NCBI RefSeq assembly: GCF_001564455.1
Contig: NZ_CP011391.1
Location: 570,001-602,000 of the forward strand
DNA: 32,000 bases
Source: Faecalibaculum rodentium
GTDB taxonomy: Bacteria > Bacillota_I > Bacilli_A > Erysipelotrichales > Erysipelotrichaceae
Direction: 5' to 3'
The notes below the pieces were generated by a model. The model searched no databases and was not told the origin of the DNA. It worked only from the letters and a program-made list of their open reading frames with translations. Numbering within the stretch: position 1 is the stretch's first letter; each line of letters opens with the position of its first letter. Position numbers and translations under genes: made by a program. Shown here piece by piece: positions 29,042 through 32,000 of the stretch.

Positions 29042-30955
29042 TTATGCCTGATGGCCGGTTTCTTTTTTCTGCCGGGGCTGGGGAAGGGCACGGACGGATT
29101 TCTCTTTTTGTGCCCCCTGTTTCCGGGATCCCTGCGGCTTTTCGCTTTTGCGGTGTGCCGTCTTGTGGGAGGCGTGACCGGCCTGCTGCGCCCGGCGTTT
29201 CTTCAGTTCTTCCATCGTCTGCCGGGAGTTCAGGATCACCGGGATCACGATGGGATTGCGCCTGGTCTTCTTGTACAGAAACGGCTCCAGCGTGCTGCGG
29301 ATGCAGTTCTTGATGTCCGAGAAGGTGGTCCTCTCCTTCATGCGCTCTGACAGGGAGTTGGCCACGATGAATTCCGCCTCCTTGATCAGGGACTGGGAAT
29401 CCTTGATGAAGACAAAGCCCCGGGACACGATCACCGGTCTGGCCAGCAGTTTGTTTTCCTTCGAGTCAATGGCAACGATCACGGCCACAAGCCCGTTGTC
29501 CGCCAGGATCCGCCGGTCTTTGAGGACCGCCGTGGAGAGACCCGAGATGTCGTTTCCATCCACATAAATATCATCGCCCTGGAAGCGCCAGTCGCTGGCA
29601 ATCACCTTGTGGTCACGCAGCAGCAGGACATCGCCATTGGCGCAGACAAAAATGTTTTCAGGCGGCATGCCGGTTTCGATGGCTGTCTGCCGGTGCTGCA
29701 TGAGCATTTTGTACTCCCCGTGAATGGGCATAAAGTATTCGGGCTTCACCAGCTGCAGCATGAGCTTTTCCTCTTCCTTGGAGGCGTGGCCCGTGGTGTG
29801 CAGGTTGGTCAGGATGGACTTGTTGAGCACCGTGGCACCGGAGCGGAACAGCTTGTCCACCACGGCGTTGACCGCCGCATCGTTGCCGGGGATCGTGCCG
29901 GAGGAGAATACCACTGTATCGCTGGGTTTCAGGTGAATGAACCGGTGTGTACCCGCCGCGATCCGGCTCAGGGCTGCCAGCGGCTCGCCCTGGGATCCCG
30001 TACAGATGATGCACACCTTGTCATCCGGTGTCCGTGCCAGGTCCTCATGGGACAGAAGCTGGGAATCCTTGATTTTGATGGTTCCCATTTTCCGCGCAAT
30101 GTCCACGACATTTTCCATGGACCGTCCGAATACCGCCACCTTGCGTCCGGTGGCAAGGGCTGCCTCGATGATCTGCCCCACGCGGTAGACATTGGAGGCG
30201 AATGTGGCAATGATCATGCGGTGTTTCGCGTTGCGCATGATGCCCATGATTTCCCGGGAGACATCCTTTTCGGAGATGGAGAAATCCTCCACACCGGCGT
30301 TGGTGCTGTCCGACATGAGCAGCGTGGGCTTCAGTGCCCCGATGTAGGCCATTTTCTGGTAGTCCGCATTGCGGCCCACGGGCGTCAGGTCAAACTTGAA
30401 GTCTCCGGTGTGCACGATGCTGCCGTTGGGGGTCGTGATGAGCACACCCAGGGAATCGGGGATGGAATGGATGGTGTCGAAGAATCCGACGGTGAAGTAC
30501 TTGGCCCGGATCCGGTAGTCGGAATCGATTTCTATGATTTTCGTTTTCTCCAGACCCTTGTGCTCAGCCAGCTTTTTCTGGATCAGCGCCTTGGCGAACC
30601 GCGGTGCATAGATTGCGTCGATGTTCACCTGCCGCAGCAGGAAGGGAATCCCGCCGATGTGGTCTTCATGGCCATGGGTGATGACCAGGATCTTCCGCTT
30701 CTTGTCCTGGCGGATCAGGTGATGATAGTCGGGGATCACATAATCAATGCCCAGCAGTTCGTCGCCGGGAAACAGGACCCCGCAGTCCACGATGCAGATT
30801 TCGTTCTCATGCTCGTAGCAGTACATGTTCTTGCCGACTTCTCCAAGACCGCCCAGGGCATAGACCAGTGTGTCGGTTTTGCGCACAGCTGTCTCGGGAC
30901 GGGCAGGCAGGCCGGCTTCCTTATTATCATTCTTGTGTTTTTTGTATTCAGCCAT
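29042..30955 (-). CDS. rnj: Ribonuclease J (metallo-beta-lactamase/beta-CASP) with basic C-terminal extension
   Basis: YALGGLGEVGKNMY and VITHGHEDHIGG (HxHxDH). Length and layout match RNase J. The last about 60 aa are K/R/Q-rich. Confidence 0.9.
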   Translation of the reverse strand: MAEYKKHKNDNKEAGLPARPETAVRKTDTLVYALGGLGEVGKNMYCYEHENEICIVDCGVLFPGDELLGIDYVIPDYHHLIRQDKKRKILVITHGHEDHIGGIPFLLRQVNIDAIYAPRFAKALIQKKLAEHKGLEKTKIIEIDSDYRIRAKYFTVGFFDTIHSIPDSLGVLITTPNGSIVHTGDFKFDLTPVGRNADYQKMAYIGALKPTLLMSDSTNAGVEDFSISEKDVSREIMGIMRNAKHRMIIATFASNVYRVGQIIEAALATGRKVAVFGRSMENVVDIARKMGTIKIKDSQLLSHEDLARTPDDKVCIICTGSQGEPLAALSRIAAGTHRFIHLKPSDTVVFSSGTIPGNDAAVNAVVDKLFRSGATVLNKSILTNLHTTGHASKEEEKLMLQLVKPEYFMPIHGEYKMLMQHRQTAIETGMPPENIFVCANGDVLLLRDHKVIASDWRFQGDDIYVDGNDISGLSTAVLKDRRILADNGLVAVIVAIDSKENKLLARPVIVSRGFVFIKDSQSLIKEAEFIVANSLSERMKERTTFSDIKNCIRSTLEPFLYKKTRRNPIVIPVILNSRQTMEELKKRRAQQAGHASHKTAHRKSEKPQGSRKQGAQKEKSVRALPQPRQKKETGHQA

Positions 30956-31089
30956 TGTGAATCCTTTCTGAAATTATGTTCAGTTCATTATACCATACGG
31001 CCCGGATCCAAAGCGGCTGGTGACAGACACGGCCATCCGCCGCTGCGGCAGAAAACAGGTATGCGGTTACATTCCTGCGCGGTTCCATC

Positions 31090-31124
31090 AAAAAAACGCC
31101 GGCCGGCTGTGGAGCCGGACGGCG
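31090..31124 (-). terminator. Terminator downstream of def
   Basis: Minus strand reads cgccgtccggct-ccac-agccggccggcg followed by T7. Confidence 0.75.
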
Positions 31125-31145
31125 GGATGGAATCCGATAGCGATG

Positions 31146-31715
31146 TCAGTACACTTCCGCTTCCGGGTCTTCCTTCATGGGATTTTCTTTGTCAATCCGG
31201 TCATAGTACAGAATACCGGAGAGATGGTCGATTTCATGCTGCAGGCAGATGGCCAGGAATCCTTCGGCTGCAATGACGACATTCGCATCCTGCAGCAGGT
31301 CGTAGGCCCGGACTTTGATCCGTGCGTGCCGGAAGGCGTGACCTTCATGGTTTTCGAGCACCGAGAGACAGCCCTCCCCGCCTTCCAGATAGCTGTTCTG
31401 GACAGACTCGGAAATGATTTTCGGGTTGGCCAGCGCAAATTCCAGATTTTTTTCCGGATCTTCCGGATCAGGCACCACTACGGCAATGAGCTTCCGGGGC
31501 ACACCCACCTGGATCGCGGCAATGCCCACGGCCGGCTTCAGGTTCTCCGCCTCGGCCAGTTCCTCGTCCTGGGAATTGCGCACATACTCCAGGAGTCCCT
31601 GCAGCAGTTCGGCATCCTCTGCTTCCAGAGGCAGGGGAACCGGGACACTTTTTTCCCGGATCCGGGGATCGGTATCTGTAATGATCTGTTCTGTGGTTAT
31701 CTTCATGCAATCCAT
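31146..31715 (-). CDS. def: Peptide deformylase
   Basis: The three signature motifs are GIAAIQVG, EGCLS and QHEIDHL. Confidence 0.9.
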   Translation of the reverse strand: MDCMKITTEQIITDTDPRIREKSVPVPLPLEAEDAELLQGLLEYVRNSQDEELAEAENLKPAVGIAAIQVGVPRKLIAVVVPDPEDPEKNLEFALANPKIISESVQNSYLEGGEGCLSVLENHEGHAFRHARIKVRAYDLLQDANVVIAAEGFLAICLQHEIDHLSGILYYDRIDKENPMKEDPEAEVY

Positions 31716-31781
31716 TTTACGTCATTTTTCCCCCTCTCTCAATTATGGTATTATGACATGAGCTCATAAGGGGGTGTGTGC

Positions 31782-32000
31782 ATGCAGAAAGCAACGGGGA
31801 AACAGAGGGAAAAGCTCACTCTGAAACTCCACAGCGGGTATGACCGGGGGCTGATGGCCGCCGTCTGGATCCTGATCATTTTCGGGACCTGCATGATCGC
31901 CTCCACGGCAGTGGGGCAGACCACATCCAATGCCAGGGCCGTTCTCGTGACCCTGGGAAAACAGATGGTGTTCATCCTCATCAGCTACCTGGCCATGTGG
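31782..32000 (+). CDS. SEDS-family (FtsW/RodA/SpoVE-like) protein, N-terminal 73 codons only
   Basis: My translation from ATG 31782 (RBS aagggggtg) is MQKATGKQREKLTLKLHSGYDRGLMAAVWILIIFGTCMIASTAVGQTTSNARAVLVTLGKQMVFILISYLAMW. It is open to the window end. The family call rests only on N-terminal TM topology and pattern. Confidence 0.5.
   Translation, partial: MQKATGKQREKLTLKLHSGYDRGLMAAVWILIIFGTCMIASTAVGQTTSNARAVLVTLGKQMVFILISYLAMW

Noticed and set aside
29609-31276. 555-aa plus-strand ORF, plus 29051-29567 and other overlapping ORFs
   Set aside because: They are antisense to rnj (clear RNase J motifs on the minus strand). These are GC-driven shadow ORFs.

Overview
The window splits at about 16.7-16.8 kb into two compositionally different parts.

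**Left part (1 to ~16.75 kb).** It is AT-rich and every gene is on the minus strand. It is a segment of a Gram-positive conjugative or mobilizable element. It encodes a truncated secreted Cna-B/SpaA-repeat adhesin, a zinc-ribbon membrane protein, a lipoprotein, SSB, ParA, ParB, a MOB relaxase and MobC. An oriT-like intergenic region follows. After that comes a run of small, mostly acidic or unknown ORFs, two tandem tail-less SSB-like paralogs, a PD-(D/E)XK-like protein and an AEP-type primase-HTH protein. No integrase or T4SS gene is in the window.

**Main signal.** Every transcription unit between the oriT-like region and the primase gene is preceded by the same about 150-nt module. The module has a phased CATAAA array, a long imperfect hairpin carrying TTGAC in both arms, and a conserved leader with a covarying mini-stem before the SD. 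Each unit ends in its own terminator. Gene orientation is toward oriT and the duplex -10 is poor. I interpret this as a conjugative leading region with Frpo-like single-strand promoters driving candidate anti-defence or establishment genes. This is inference, not shown.

**Right part (~16.8-32 kb).** It is GC-rich, ordinary Bacillota-type chromosome:
- ponA-recU, gpsB, rnpB (type B RNase P RNA) and corA
- an ORF split by an in-frame TAG
- thiT with a TPP riboswitch
- a metallophosphoesterase, a membrane protein and pspA
- a class-C-like group II intron inserted right after the pspA terminator
- rnj, def and the start of an ftsW/rodA-like gene

Many long ORFs in the supplied track are antisense shadow ORFs of GC-rich genes and were rejected.
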